Counted from the first letter of the whole stretch, positions 1 to 13,523 are shown. The stretch: 63,581 nucleotides of DNA, filler included, from Sluysia triapertura (GCA_046118255.1; 5 parts of 5 records of this genome joined end to end with filler, not necessarily neighbours in it); one strand, 5' to 3'. Program-made: numbers and translations. Notes: generated from the letters alone by a model not told the origin.

Positions 1-939
1 CTTAACAAGCATTTCAAAACTTCAACCAGTCAACAAACATTCGTAATTATTAAATCCAATACATAAAGGTCGTTTTTAAATCACCAAACCTTTTCATATC
101 CAAATCAAACAACTTCGAAGAATTTATTAGACGTACATCACTCTTACATATTCCTTTTCAATTTTATTTTCATCTCGCCTTGATTTATATGTATGTAGAA
201 ATATAAATAACAGAGACAGAAAGATCTTGTTTTTGAGCATTTATCAAGATTCATGTATTTTTTCTTTTTTTCCTAATTGTTTTATTACTATTATTATTAC
301 TCTTATTATCATTGTTAATATTATTGTTTATTAGCACTATTATTATTGTTATTATTCTTACTATTACTATTTTAATACTATTATTATATATTTAATTTTA
401 TCATTATTATTCTTATTACCACATCTCATTTTATTATTACTCATACTACCATTAGCCACCATCAATTTTATCATCACATTCTTACGTAATAATTTATTCG
501 TATTAGCAGCCATCTTTCGTACATCGCCCAATTAGATCATTACCACAATATCACAACAACAACCAATCTGATTGGGCAGACATTAAAAAATTAAAAATCG
601 TGAAAGCCTAAAAATAAATGTGACATGTATGCCTAGCTAATGGTACAATCACAATACTAATCGAAAAGCATCTAATAGCAAGCAAGGCACACACAAATAA
701 ACCATCACCTCAATAACACACATTACGATTTATTATTTAACAGCCATTGGTAAATGAACAAAGAAAACAAACATTAATTATTGGCACATAATTTCTTTGT
801 AATAAAAAATAATTAACCAGCCATTATTCAATTTCATTTTCCTTGTAATATTTAACGGATGATCTACACGAAAGTTAATTTAATTATTCTCTTTTTATTT
901 TGAGTTTAATTTCCGAATGTAAAGCAATGGTATGAAAGA

Positions 940-1201
940 ATGAGTGGTGACAAAAGTATTAATCCAGACTTCAAGTTATATTTAAATGCTCCAGAATATA
1001 AACCTAAAGTAGTTAGTGAGCGTCAAACAGAAACTCCTCAGTACACATATCAGAACAGTGCCTCGAATAATATGTTGAACCAATCTATGCCAGCATGTTA
1101 CTTCACTTATTACGCACCCCAAATGACTTATCTTAATCAACACCAATCTACTCAAAATCAACTTTATAATTGCATACCTCTTCCAAATTATAGAAATCAA
1201 G
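940..1201 (+). CDS. YTHDF: YTHDF-like m6A reader, exon 1 (Q/N/Y/P-rich N-terminus with PAM2-like motif)
   Basis: ATG at 940. Donor AAG|GTTATT at 1202 is phase 1 and joins the acceptor ctcAG|AT at 4240/4241 to give GAT in frame with exon 2. Composition resembles YTHDF low-complexity N-termini. Confidence 0.65.
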
Positions 1202-2144
1202 GTTATTTTAATTTTATAAAGGACTTGTGAAATAAATGAATTTCAAGACTAAAAGATAATTAAAATATTTACCATTTAAGCCGAATAAATTATTTTACAA
1301 ATATACTCAAGACAAGTGCTTATAATTATTTGATATATTATTAGATAGAGATTGATTAGGATAAATAAAGTATTTTTAATATTTATGTAAGTAGCACGTT
1401 ATAATTTTTACATCGTTATTAATAAGTAATTTCATACTTAAAATAAAATGTTTATTTTCAATGCTCCATGAAATGGATGCAATAAATTGTTTTTTACTAA
1501 GTGATTTTATTAACATCCAGCCAGCTTTAATTAAAATCTATAACCATCCTTTGATAATATTCAAAAGATTCCATTGAAATTAAATTGAATGTAAAATACT
1601 GTTTTATAAATATTTAAATAAGTCTTCATTTTTTACTTTAAGACTGAAAGAAAGTTAAAATTCAATTAGTATTTCAGAGAGCGAGTAGAACTACGATTCT
1701 TCAGATAAGAGACTTTATAATTATAGTTTTAGTTTTGAGTAAATTAATTTAGAATTAGATAATTAAAAGTAAACGTTTATTTGAATGATATAATGAGTCA
1801 TTGACTGTTAATAAAAAATAAATTGTTAATTTTAATGATGAGTAATATTTTGATAAAAGTTCACAAATAGTTTTAAAGTGCGTAAAATTTATTAATAATT
1901 AAAGAAAGAAAATTTTTGAATAAAATCACTCTAATTCAAATAAAGTAAACTGAACGTAATGTAAATTTATCTTAAATGCAATTATAATAGTATTTTAAAT
2001 ATTTATAGTAATTAGAAAGTATACATTTGATTATAGATTTACTGACATCGTTAATAAAGAGGCAGTGTGCACACATGTCACGCTGAATCACTAAAATAAA
2101 CAAAAAGAAATGATCATATAATGTAAACAGTAAAACCTGTTTAA

Positions 2145-4013
2145 CCCTTTAACTAAGGGTATATATTTTAATAGGCATCCGCTCATACGCAAAAGAAAAT
2201 TTAAAAATACATTCTTGCATTTAGAACGAAATACATTATCCTTGCGATTTGAAGCTGCCTCTGTTTATTTGTGGAGTAAAATGAAAATTTCACTTGTAAT
2301 AATATTTTAAAGACATGACACCAATTTTGTAATAATATATTAAAGGTTTGGCACCAATTTTGTATTAAAACTTTGTGTTATTAAATTACTGATATACCCA
2401 TAAATTAAATTTCTCCGTTTGATTAACAACACTTTAGGTATTAATTTAATGTGATATAAATTTGATAATTTTTGTAGATCAATCTTATAATTCAAATTAG
2501 GACATCTATCTTTGTGGAATTCAATATATATGCTAATTTTATTAAAAGGATTATCTCCTTTATAAATAACAATTTTAAAAAATTTATATATTATAATTAC
2601 GATAGAATTTTGAAAATTAATTGGAAGTCTTCATGAACACTAAAAATTTTATTTAATTTAATAACAAAATTTGAAATTTTCTTTTTTGTGCTCCTACTTG
2701 CATTATCAGGCGTATCACGTAAACAAACATCTAAATAAAAATAATGTGTTGAAATATAAAATAAGTAAACGAAAAATTTATGTCATGATTAAGATTCGCC
2801 ATTGACAAATTGTATGCCAAGATGCTATCATATGATTTATTGTAATGATTTACAGTTAGATAATGATATAGCTTCAACGAAATTTTCGTATTATCAATTT
2901 TCGGATATTCAAAAATTGGTCTTGTTGCTTGTTGGATATTGCAGCACTTTGCGAGAGAATTTGTGCGTGAATGTTTTTGTTATATATTGATCATATAAGG
3001 TTCTGGTTAATGGATTTCTTTCCATGTAATAAAAATAACAAGTTTTTAAGAGTTCTTTATAAAAACTTGAAAGTTCATGACTTTGTTTTTGTGTCTTAAA
3101 TATTTCTACACGACTTGAATTAATTCTATCATGATTAGGTGAATCATAAGTATAAGGTAGTTTAAAAACAGCGTGTTTCTGCACAGTTATGTAAACAAAA
3201 ACAAAATCTTTTCCATCATACTTGATATTAAATTCTCTAAAATAATATAATTGCAAACATGTAGGGCGTGTGAGGTATTGATAAAGCGAAATAGGTTTAA
3301 TTATATTTGTAACATGATGACATTCTGTATTTTGAGTCAATGTAAATTGAAATTGACTACTAATAATTACGTTAAAATTTATTCTACATTACATATTGAT
3401 TAAAAACAGAAAGCACGATCAAGATAGACTCATATTTATTAAGTGAACTGGCCAATTCATTATTATAATACGTAAATGAGTATACATCCGGAATGATGAT
3501 TGTATTATGATTAATATTCTTATAAGCTTTATAACATTCTTTACTTTTGTTATTGACAATGACTGAAAATAGATTGTTACACATCATGGCAGGACAAGTA
3601 TTTTAATAGTATTTAAAGTTATATCAACCGAATTTTCGCATTTATTATGATTATCAAAATCCAATTTAGTAATGTTCTAGTTGAAAATGTACAGTAAAAC
3701 TTAGATAAAACGAATTCCTAAAATGTAAAATTTTCACTAACTGGAGTATTTTTGGTGCGGAATAGAAATTCGACTTACATATTTTCGCATCTAAAATAAA
3801 ATAGTCAACTTGCCATAATTTGAACTTGAAATTTGAAAATTTCTCAATACTTATAATAATAATTTTTTATAATTAGACCAAAAGTAATAAATTATGTGAG
3901 TTTCTATGTTCTGCGCGTCCAAATGAAATCGGATATTCATAACATAGATAAGCGACACTCGTTCCCGGGGCAATTCATCAGATCGTTTATTGATGACAAC
4001 CGCAGTTAAAGGG
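2145..4013. mobile_element. Non-autonomous piggyBac-type element in YTHDF intron 1
   Basis: TTAA|CCCTTTAACT at 2141-2154 and AGTTAAAGGG|TTAA at 4004-4017: a perfect 10-bp TIR starting CCC with TTAA on both sides. Subterminal direct repeats CACCAATTTTGTA near 2320 and 2352. Confidence 0.75.
2731..3680 (-). pseudogene. Decayed gene of unknown family inside the piggyBac-type element
   Basis: Collinear minus-strand open stretches 3587-3384 and 3340-2909, then after a 1-nt shift EYPKIDNTKISLK...HIIFI* ending at 2731. No transposase motifs recognised. Confidence 0.55.
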
Positions 4014-4240
4014 TTAAAGTAATCATTGAAAGTTGTCAACCGCGAATGGCCATCTTAAAATGTGGTCACTTTAGATAATAAAATTTCCACTGAAAATTTT
4101 TTTTGGGTCAAGAAAAGTGAGAATTTTACAGGGATGGTTACATTAGGAAGTTTTGCTGTATATTTTTATTTGTGTTTAATTTTTTTGAAGAAATTTTTAT
4201 AAATAGATATGGGACTAAAATTTTTATTTTTAAAACTCAG

Positions 4241-4730
4241 ATTATTCAAATATTCAAAGTAATTCTGGATGGGACATAAATGGAATTTCTTCAACGCCAT
4301 TTCAAAATTTAGATTCTCATATTCAGGAAACATGTTCGGATTATATTCCACCTAATTTTTATATGACTAATATGATCTGTACAACACCTTATTGTAATAA
4401 CATTTTAAATTTTTGTAAACAACCTTTTCCAAACGCACCAACACTTTCATCTTTATCACCTGTTATTGCACCGATTACTATTGGTCTTAATTATCCAGTT
4501 AATTATCATGGAGTACCAATACATTTAAATTCTCAACCTGTTGATATAATAAATCAACAAATTCAAATTTTAAATTCCACAATTACTCCAAAATCATATC
4601 CAACTTCTAATGTTTCTTCTAATGCCAATGTGATAATTCCACCATCAGTTGCAAAATCAGATATAAGAAAGAAATGGTTCAATACAAGTGATATTAAAGT
4701 TGATAAAACACTAAACGACCTAGTCAAAAA
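4241..4730 (+). CDS. YTHDF: YTHDF-like m6A reader, exon 2 (P/N/S-rich region ending DKTLNDLVK)
   Basis: Open frame from 4241 through the 4363-4797 ORF. Donor AA|GTTAGT at 4731 is phase 2 and joins tttAG|T at 9695/9696, giving LNDLVKNINPMNKF, which parallels LEKLRSINNYNPKDF just before the YTH domain of animal YTHDF. Confidence 0.8.
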
Positions 4731-6832
4731 GTTAGTATTTTATTTATATAGAAATCATTTTTCAAAAAATGTAACAATGTGTTATTTAGTATTTTAAATG
4801 ACCATATACAGATAAATGTTCAACTTCAGCATATCTAATTTAATTAATAATCATAAAAATAATGCTAAATCGTTTATTATGCAATTTATTATTTGCAAAA
4901 CTAATAAAATGTAAATCTTTTTACTCTGGCTATAATTGAATGTATCTCATATCTTTTATTTTTGTTGAGATTAAATTAAAATATTTTTAGCTTCATGCGC
5001 AACTTGTTTCCAATTTTTAATTTTATATCGAAGTTATAAATGGTTAGTTTAAAACTTAAAATTTCTACCAAAACGATGCTCAGAAATTTGGTAAAACATT
5101 TAGTGATAATATGATTTTAAGTCATCTGTTAAAGTGACTTCAATATTTCCTTAATATTGATTTATATATATTTGATTTATATATAAATCAATAAATTTAC
5201 ATTAAAAAATTATATTATAATAAATCTGATGACCGTTGATGGTATGAATAGGCATACATCAAACCTTGGTAGATTTAGTGTTCAGATCATCTGACAACGA
5301 TTTTTCGACATGTTAGGCATTAAATCATTTGACTTTAAAGGTTTTTGACATTCCATCCTAACACTTTTTAAGATATATGAAAGAATGTAAAATATCTGCT
5401 AATATGCTTTCAGTGTTACAACAAAAGTCACAGACATTCAATTCAAATAATAACTTATGTGGACCAAATAAAAATTGTTGAATGATAATAAATAATAAAT
5501 ATAGCCTGAAAATCTAGCATAACGTAAATTTTCTATATTTTATTCATCATTTATCAGCGAATATTCGAATTTTTGAACAAGAAAATAGTCAGTGATTATA
5601 GTAGCTATAATGTAAATTTTGTAATTTGTCTAGTATTATGTTAGTATCATTCGCAATGTTTCGAAAATGGTAAAGTAAAATTTGCAAAATTACTATCTGA
5701 CTGTGTATTTTTACACAAATTGCACAGTGAAAAATATTTAAATAGCATGCTATTTATTTATTTATATAGCCAGCGAAGTTTTAACATATGTTCAATTTCT
5801 TTATGAGGGTAAATTTGAACATTGTTATGGTTTAAGCTAAGTGTATTTCACTGGAAGCTGCATCAACATGTTTGCTGATTTTTTAAAAATCTATTGATAA
5901 AGTTTATAGATAAATCATAATTTATTTAAATTTTAATTGGTTACAATTTAGTTTGATAATAAATTTTAATATAAAACTATTAGGAACAAACATACAATTC
6001 GATATTACAGTCATTTTACTTGCCTCACTTAATTGGCATGTTACAAATGATACTAATCAAACATGTGTCTGGAGAACCAATGTGAATAAAATGGAAATGA
6101 AGACATGAATACTTAACACAAACTAACAATATAATAATAAATAACAAGAAAGTAATGAATATGAATATATACATAAACTATAAAAGCTATAAAAGTCAGC
6201 AGAAAATTAAATAATATTTAGATGGAATTTGCCATCATGTGACTATAATATATAGGATAAAATTAACGAACTGCATAAAAATTGTCCTTGTAATAAAATA
6301 AACTATAGAATAATTAAAGAACAGAACTAAAAAATTAGTTGGCCGCAGTATAATCATAGAAAATAGTATAGACTTTAAAAATAAGTACCCAACGGCGGGA
6401 CGCCTATATAAAATACTTTTTACATTATTTTTTTAGATTTTATAAAATAAAATTGATCATTTTTCATGAGACATGGTTTTTTAAACTTTTTTCTTTAATA
6501 ATACCAAATAAAGGTCACGACGCTAATTATTTTCATATTGTAAACTGTTTACAAACTAATTAACTATGTTGAATTTTTGACAAATAGCTTTACAATAAAA
6601 TCTTGTATGTGGCACTTATGCAACATGAATGACAACTTACTTTTCAAAGTTCTCGCTCCTTCATCGTTCAAATTTCAAATGCGTTCGTTATTCCATATCT
6701 TGTATCGCTTGTAAGTAAATAACTATTGTATTATTTTTTAAATAAATAAATTTTTTATACAGTTCTTTATTTTGTTTTTGCTTTTTTTACTATTTTTTAA
6801 TTTGCAGTAAATTTGTATATTCTTGTATGAAA

Positions 6833-6862
6833 GGGTGCCAAATTTTATTTTATGCGGCACTG
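6833..6862. mobile_element. Solo Tc1/mariner-like terminal repeat
   Basis: The reverse complement reads TA|CAGTGCCGCATAAAATAAAATTTGGCACCC, like Tc1 ends (TA|CAGTG...CACCC). No partner end found. Confidence 0.35.
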
Positions 6863-9695
6863 TAAGTACCACATAATATACTACACTGTATCGTTGGAAA
6901 TATAACTATTTGGAACGGTACTAAGCGATTTTTAGGAATAAGTTAACTAAAATAATTATGGGATGAAACTAAAAAATTAACTGGTGATAAATACATAGTA
7001 TGTAAAAATATTTTACTTGTTAGGTTTAATTTTTTTATTAATAGACATTATTTTAGACATTCTTTATATCATTTGTAAAACCTATTTTTGTATCTCTTTA
7101 TTGACTTAACATTAATATATGCTGGGAGCTTGAGTTAGTACTCGTCTCGGATGATATAGATGGAAGAGCAACTTGTAATTGTTAACCTTAAATATTATTT
7201 CTTAATCCCAAATAATAAATTCAAATAAAAGAACTTTTTTCAAACGACAAAACATTAAAAAAATTAGAATTATAAATGAAAGGAAATTATTTATCTTGTA
7301 CCACATGTAAAAAGATTTCTCGGAACCGTTTCTTTTTCTTTACAATTTAATAGTTTAATTTATTTTATATATGTAAAAAGGAATATATTTTACTTGCTTT
7401 TAATGATTTCAATAAAATGAAAGAATGTTTGCAAGATATAATGCATTAAAAATTAATTACACAGTTCAGTTTGTATATAGATAATGTTTAACACTTAATA
7501 TTAATTTTAACTTAATGATTTTAATTTAAACATTTAATTAACAAATTTAATTATTTACACTTTTGAACAAATATAATTTAAACGAATTTAATTTAGTTCA
7601 AGTATAAAGGGCTTATCCAGAAATAAGAATAAAATGACATCTAGCAAATAAATGTGAGACACACTTGATTATAATTTTCCGATTCATCCTGGAACATGTA
7701 AAATAATTTGAATAAATTTCAACTTATAAATAATATATGTACAATTCACGCAAAATAATGGGAAGTACTGCAAATTAAAACCTAAGTAATAACAATATTA
7801 AAAAACAAGATTAATAAAATAGTAAAATAGTAAAAATTTATTATTCATTATTACTTGATTATATTAAAATATTGATGTGGTTCCATTGCAAGTTACTAAA
7901 ATCAGTGCTTTCGCATGTCGTCCGAGACTTGTAAACTGAATGGTTCGTCTACAGGATTTTAATAAAAGAAATCTTGTAGAAAAACTTGTGGAGGTCAACT
8001 TATGTCTGTTAATATAAGAAGTCTCTTGTAAGTAAAACTACTATCACTTAAGTTGATTACAATTCAGTTTGTGTTCAGTTAATTTACAATTGGATTTTAT
8101 ATCCTTTATTAAAACAGGACTGAAAAATATGATTTTAGGAACCTTTTTAAACTGGTTCTATAAAATAGATTGATATTAAATATTAAAACAGATTGATATT
8201 AAATATTAAATATTACGTCCAATATTAAAACAGGACAGAAAGAAATAGGTGCCGGCAAATTTGAATGATGATTAAAAAATTTAAATACTAAATAAAGTTT
8301 ATTATAATAAGTAGTTGTGATAAAGTATATATATATGTAATTTAAAAGAATTACAAATTGTTGATCTTTAAAAAGTTCAAATATTTTAAGTTTTGATTTT
8401 ATAAGCTTTCTTAAATATCCATTGAAAAAACGTTAATAAAAGTTAACCTTGATTTTTTGAACGTATTAAAATGTACTTACATAACTCTTGATTTTATTAC
8501 TACGCTGTTAAATAATGTACTACGTTACTGTTATTATTATTATTATTATTTTCTCAATAACATACATTGATTTTCAAGATTTTCAAAAGCGTAATTCATA
8601 GTAAGAAGTCAATGTACTTTAATTGTATCACCTCTACATTTATAATTACATACTTGTGAATTCCTTATTCTTTTTTGCAAGTTTATAATGACTTTATTGA
8701 GCTTTAATTGTTAATCTTGACTTGTATAATATGTTTTCAATAATCAACTAGTTCGTCTAAATACTTTATCACCAATTCATTTCAAGCACATTTTTTATGC
8801 TTAAGCAGATCTTTTAACTTAAATCAAGAAATGATGTACAACACATTATTATTCCAGTTCTTTATAAAATGAACTTTCATTTTTTAATTGAGATTGTCAT
8901 TTTTATCATTTCATTTTTACATGAAATTTTACATATTTTAGCATATTTCAGCTTAATATTTTAACTTTCGTCTCAACACATTATATTTTAACTTAATATT
9001 TTAGTTTATCTAGGATATTTTACACAATATCTTCGATATATTAGCCTTAGTATTTTACGTTCTAGACAATATAAAATAATTTAATTTCGGCCAACTTCAA
9101 GCTCCACGTTGAAGATGACACTTGCGAGATTGGTTGTAAGTAATCAAACTATCTATTTAAGATAAAGTAAAAAATAAACAAAAATTTAATACAAATAAAC
9201 ATAGCCATCAAAATTTTAAAGTAAAAATGTGTAATATGCTGTATAAAGTAATAGTAATAAAATTTTCATTATAATTTAAGTAAATACTTATTTAATTCTT
9301 TTATTTGTTTGGCTATATTTTAATTTACGTTTCATAATCATGTTTATTGTATCTCTTTATCACAGTTGTTTGAATTGAGAAACAAGAAATAACAACACTA
9401 ATTTATAAAACTATCATTTTAAAACTAGATTATTTTGAAAAAAGGTAATATGATTTAAGGCTTTTCCAGGTTAATATATCCAAATTTGTCTTAATAAATC
9501 TGAAACCAATTAAAGTTATATATGCTATGTATAACCGTAATTGTACATTACTTATGAACATAAATGTAAACAAAAACTTCACATCCACTTAGCGTGTATC
9601 GAATGTAACTTTCGACTATAATCAAAAGGCTAAACAAATACTTTATTAATCACAAAATAAAATTGCAGTATTTATATTTTTAAAATAATTTTTAG

Positions 9696-10383
9696 TATAA
9701 ACCCAATGAATAAATTCGTCTTTCATTCAAAGAATTGTCGATTCTTTGTGGCAAAGTCTTTCACAGAGAATAATATCTATATTGCCTTAAAGCATGGTGT
9801 TTGGTGTAGTACGCAGAATGGTATTGAAATATTCAATAAAGCTTATCAGGATGTTCAAGCTTACTATAACGATTGTATTAAAACTGGCATGACACCTGAT
9901 TTAGCTGAAATTCAACCTCATGTATATTTATTTTTCTCAGTTAATAACAGTGGTTATTTTTGTGGTGTTGCTGAAATGATTTCTGGATACCACTGTGCAT
10001 CGAATCCACCATCCCCGGCAACATCTCATCAACCAACAAATACTAAAATTAGAGTAGTCACACAACTAGAACCAGAACCTGACTCTTTTTGGCAACAAAA
10101 AAAGTGGAAGGGATATTTTAAAATTCGTTGGTTGTATGTTAAAGATGTTCCAAATAACAATCTGCGTCATGTTATTTTGGAATGTAATGATAATCGCCCA
10201 GTAACAAATAGTCGAGATGCTACTGAAATCAAGCCATACAATAAAGGTGTTGAAGTAATGAAAATAATCCATGAGTTTAATTATGAAACGTGCTTACTTG
10301 ATGATTTCGAAGGCACTTATATGGAAATAAATTTTAGTAATAATGATTCCCAGGAGAATAAGAAGGAAAAAAAGAAACCTTAA
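9696..10383 (+). CDS. YTHDF: YTHDF-like m6A reader, exon 3 (YTH domain)
   Basis: Motifs RFFVAKSF, WCST, VYLFFSVNNSGYFCGVAEM, WQQKKWKG, RWLYVKDVPN, PVTNSRD and LLDDF. Three cage Trp codons at 9802, 10090 and 10105. The three exons total 1440 nt (479 aa plus stop). Confidence 0.95.
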
Positions 10384-10815
10384 AAGTAAGATTTAATTGT
10401 AGACATTAGATGTACCTTAAATTTATGCTTGTGCATTTCACAAAATTTCTTTATAATTTGTATTCTATGTGAAAAATTATTAATTTTAAATAAACAATTA
10501 TAACTGTAAATCCTTTTTGTTATTAAAGCAAAAACCATTCTTAACATGTTTTACTAAATCAACATACTTTTTTTAATTCGGTTTAGTATAATAATTCTTA
10601 GTAAAAATAAATTTAAATTGTGATTTACTAATATAATATTGCATTGTTGTGGGATTATTAATAGCTTTATTTAAAATTTGAAATTGACTTTAATTCTTGA
10701 GATTGGTATATCTGGATATTTTAAATACGCTTTATATATAAGATCTCTGTAATTAATTTTCTTTTACTTATATTTTACTAGCTAACCAATTTAACTTCAA
10801 TTTACAATCAATTTC

Positions 10816-10907
10816 TCACTGTACTAGTTAATTACAGAATATATCGTTTTGGTGATATGTTTCACTGTACTAGTTAATTACAGTATATATCGTTTTGGTG
10901 ATATGTT
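10816..10907. repeat. Tandem duplication, 2 x 46 bp
   Basis: TCACTGTACTAGTTAATTACAG(A/T)ATATATCGTTTTGGTGATATGTT at 10816 and 10862, one mismatch. Confidence 0.95.
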
Positions 10908-12009
10908 TTTACCAAATACTATTTTTCACACTATGTAGTTTATTTATATTGCGAGATTGTATTTCTGTGCCTTACTATTCAATTTTTTGCAGATTTTTCA
11001 TGTCTTGTTGACTTTTACGTGTGATGGATTCCTACATTCCTCACATTTGTCTATTAGTTTCCGGTTTCTGCTTTGTATTTCTGATTATTTTTCAGTCTTT
11101 ATAAAGATGTTATTTGAGTATTTTAATTTGTTTTAAATTGTAACGTGATTATTTGTGGCTTTTAAATATGGTAAAGTAAGTGAATCACTATTTATTTAAA
11201 GTATATATTTAGTTACATTATTGTTATTATTATTATATCACAATCATCATTTAGATAGTTTTGCTGAAGAACATCTCAGAAGTTATTCCAGTGCCTTACG
11301 ATAAAAATATTTTTTTTGTATTTCATTTTTTCGTTTAAAAATGTGTATATAATTATAAACAGTATAAGCCATTAAAATACAAATTACCATTTTAACATAC
11401 AAAATCTATTGTAATCTTAAAACTTAGCATTCGTATTTGATGACTTACTTTTGGATTATCTTTAATTTTTAAAAACCACGTAATGCTTTTGTATAATTCC
11501 GTTAATACGTTGTAAGTCAGCTCTTTAAGAAATTTTATTAAATGCAATGAAAGAACGCGCAAACTGAAACTATAATCACATCCACAAGTGATTAGAATTT
11601 TCTAAACATGCAAAATGTTAATTTAAACATATAAATAGTGCTTTGAGAATTAAAAGTAATATGAATTTATTTTCAAATAAGAATGATTGTTTTTCGATGA
11701 AAATTGATTTAAATTAAAGTTTTGTAAATTATTTGTTTGTTTGTTTATGCTGACTTTAAAAATATAATTACATCTGATAATTTCAAAAACTGGACCTAAG
11801 CAATATGTTAAAATGCATTATAAGTTTTATTACATAATTTATATTTACAAGTATTGCTTTCAAGAACTGCAATAGTTATTTTATAATTACACGATTTTGA
11901 GAAATTTTATTTTTATAAAATGTGATGCTCAAATAATTAATATTTAATGTTTTCCTAAGGATATATACATGTTAATATAAAAATATCAGTGCATATTAAG
12001 TAATTAATT

Positions 12010-12279
12010 TTAAACAATTTCTGTATTTTCAATTTTATATAAGTATTTAGAGTTATTTCTTATTTGGATCGTACTTTTAATCAGATTATTTTTGATTATG
12101 ATGGAATTAAAGAAATCAACATAAAGGATGTTTAAATGTAATTTTACTTTTGATACGATTTTGTTATTGCGCACGTTATTAACTTCGACATCCAAATCCA
12201 AAATTAATAAATGAATTTCTCGATATATTTTGTTTGTGCTATTATCCTTAGATGAGATTATGCTAAATTTTGGGACCAA
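12010..12279 (-). other. Unassigned coding-like fragment
   Basis: 89-codon open stretch with protein-like composition, non-ATG start, no motif recognised. Confidence 0.25.
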
Positions 12280-13523
12280 AAAAGTAATATATTTAATAAA
12301 TTAAAAACTTATTCTCACAATATTGGACTTTTTATATTTAAAAATTCAGTTAAATTAAAATTATTGTAATTTATGTTATTCGGGTTTCTATGTTAACTAA
12401 GTTTTTTTTTAATTTTAATGACTTATACTGTGTGTATTAAAGATTTGTAAAGTAATTTCGATGTCTGGTCTAATAATTTATTTTTAAAAGATATTATTTA
12501 ACATTTACAGGTTAAAATTGTGATGTTTTAAACCTTAATTTTTATTCATCTGTATTCTTAATCAGATTTGTTTATATTGTTTTGATATTATTATGAGACA
12601 TTGGTCTTCTTCAAACTTATTTTTTCAACGACATAAATTATTGACATTATTTTAATATTACAATATTTATTTTGTGATTTATTTTAAGTTGTTAACTAAT
12701 GGTTTTGTTAAACAAAACATTAAATGTTTATTATTTAAATTAACACAATTAAAGCTTAGAAATATGACTAGTTTCCAAAAATAAAATATGGTGTATGGAG
12801 GTATGTTAGACAAGCTTTAATATTTATCTAAACAAAAATATTTTTTTTAGAAGGAAATCATCTTATCTATCAAATAAATAATACAATTTATATTAATGAA
12901 TTACTGTAAATATTTCATAGATTAAATAGCTTGATTTATATGCTATTATGCTTTTATATTTTTATAATTATTTAAACCTTATTAAGTGATGAGACAAATA
13001 TTGAATTATTTTTTAAATAAAAATTACTTAACTACTTTACTTGGAATTGTATCTTAAATTTGATGCAATAATTTATTAATTCTTGAAAACATTAATAAAC
13101 ATTTACAGTTTTTGCGATCATAGATTGAATTCCAAGTCAAATATTTTTAAAATTAATTTTACTTTGGTTTTCATTTCAGATATAATTACATTTAAACTTT
13201 GTTTTTTCGTCTATATTCATATGTAATTTAACATTTACATATTTTTATTTATTATTGCATTGTAAAAAATTATCAATGTCTTTGACGAATATTTTACATA
13301 GAAAAATTCCTGAATAATTTTTGAAATTTAATTACTTGGAACTTAGAAAAGATAAATAAACAAAGTCATGTAAATGAGCAAACTAATATATTCAATCATA
13401 ACCTTAATAGCTGTGTGATACTGCATCATCCGGTACGACAAATTTTAAGTCAGACTGAAGATTGATATTGAATTGAGATTAACGTTTTTCAAAGTCGGTT
13501 TAAGGTTTTTGGATTTTACGTTT

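Noticed and set aside
10066-10272. Antisense ORFs overlapping real coding regions (also 982, 4166, 22498, 28420, 32888, 33933)
   Set aside because: They are shadows of the opposite-strand coding sequence.
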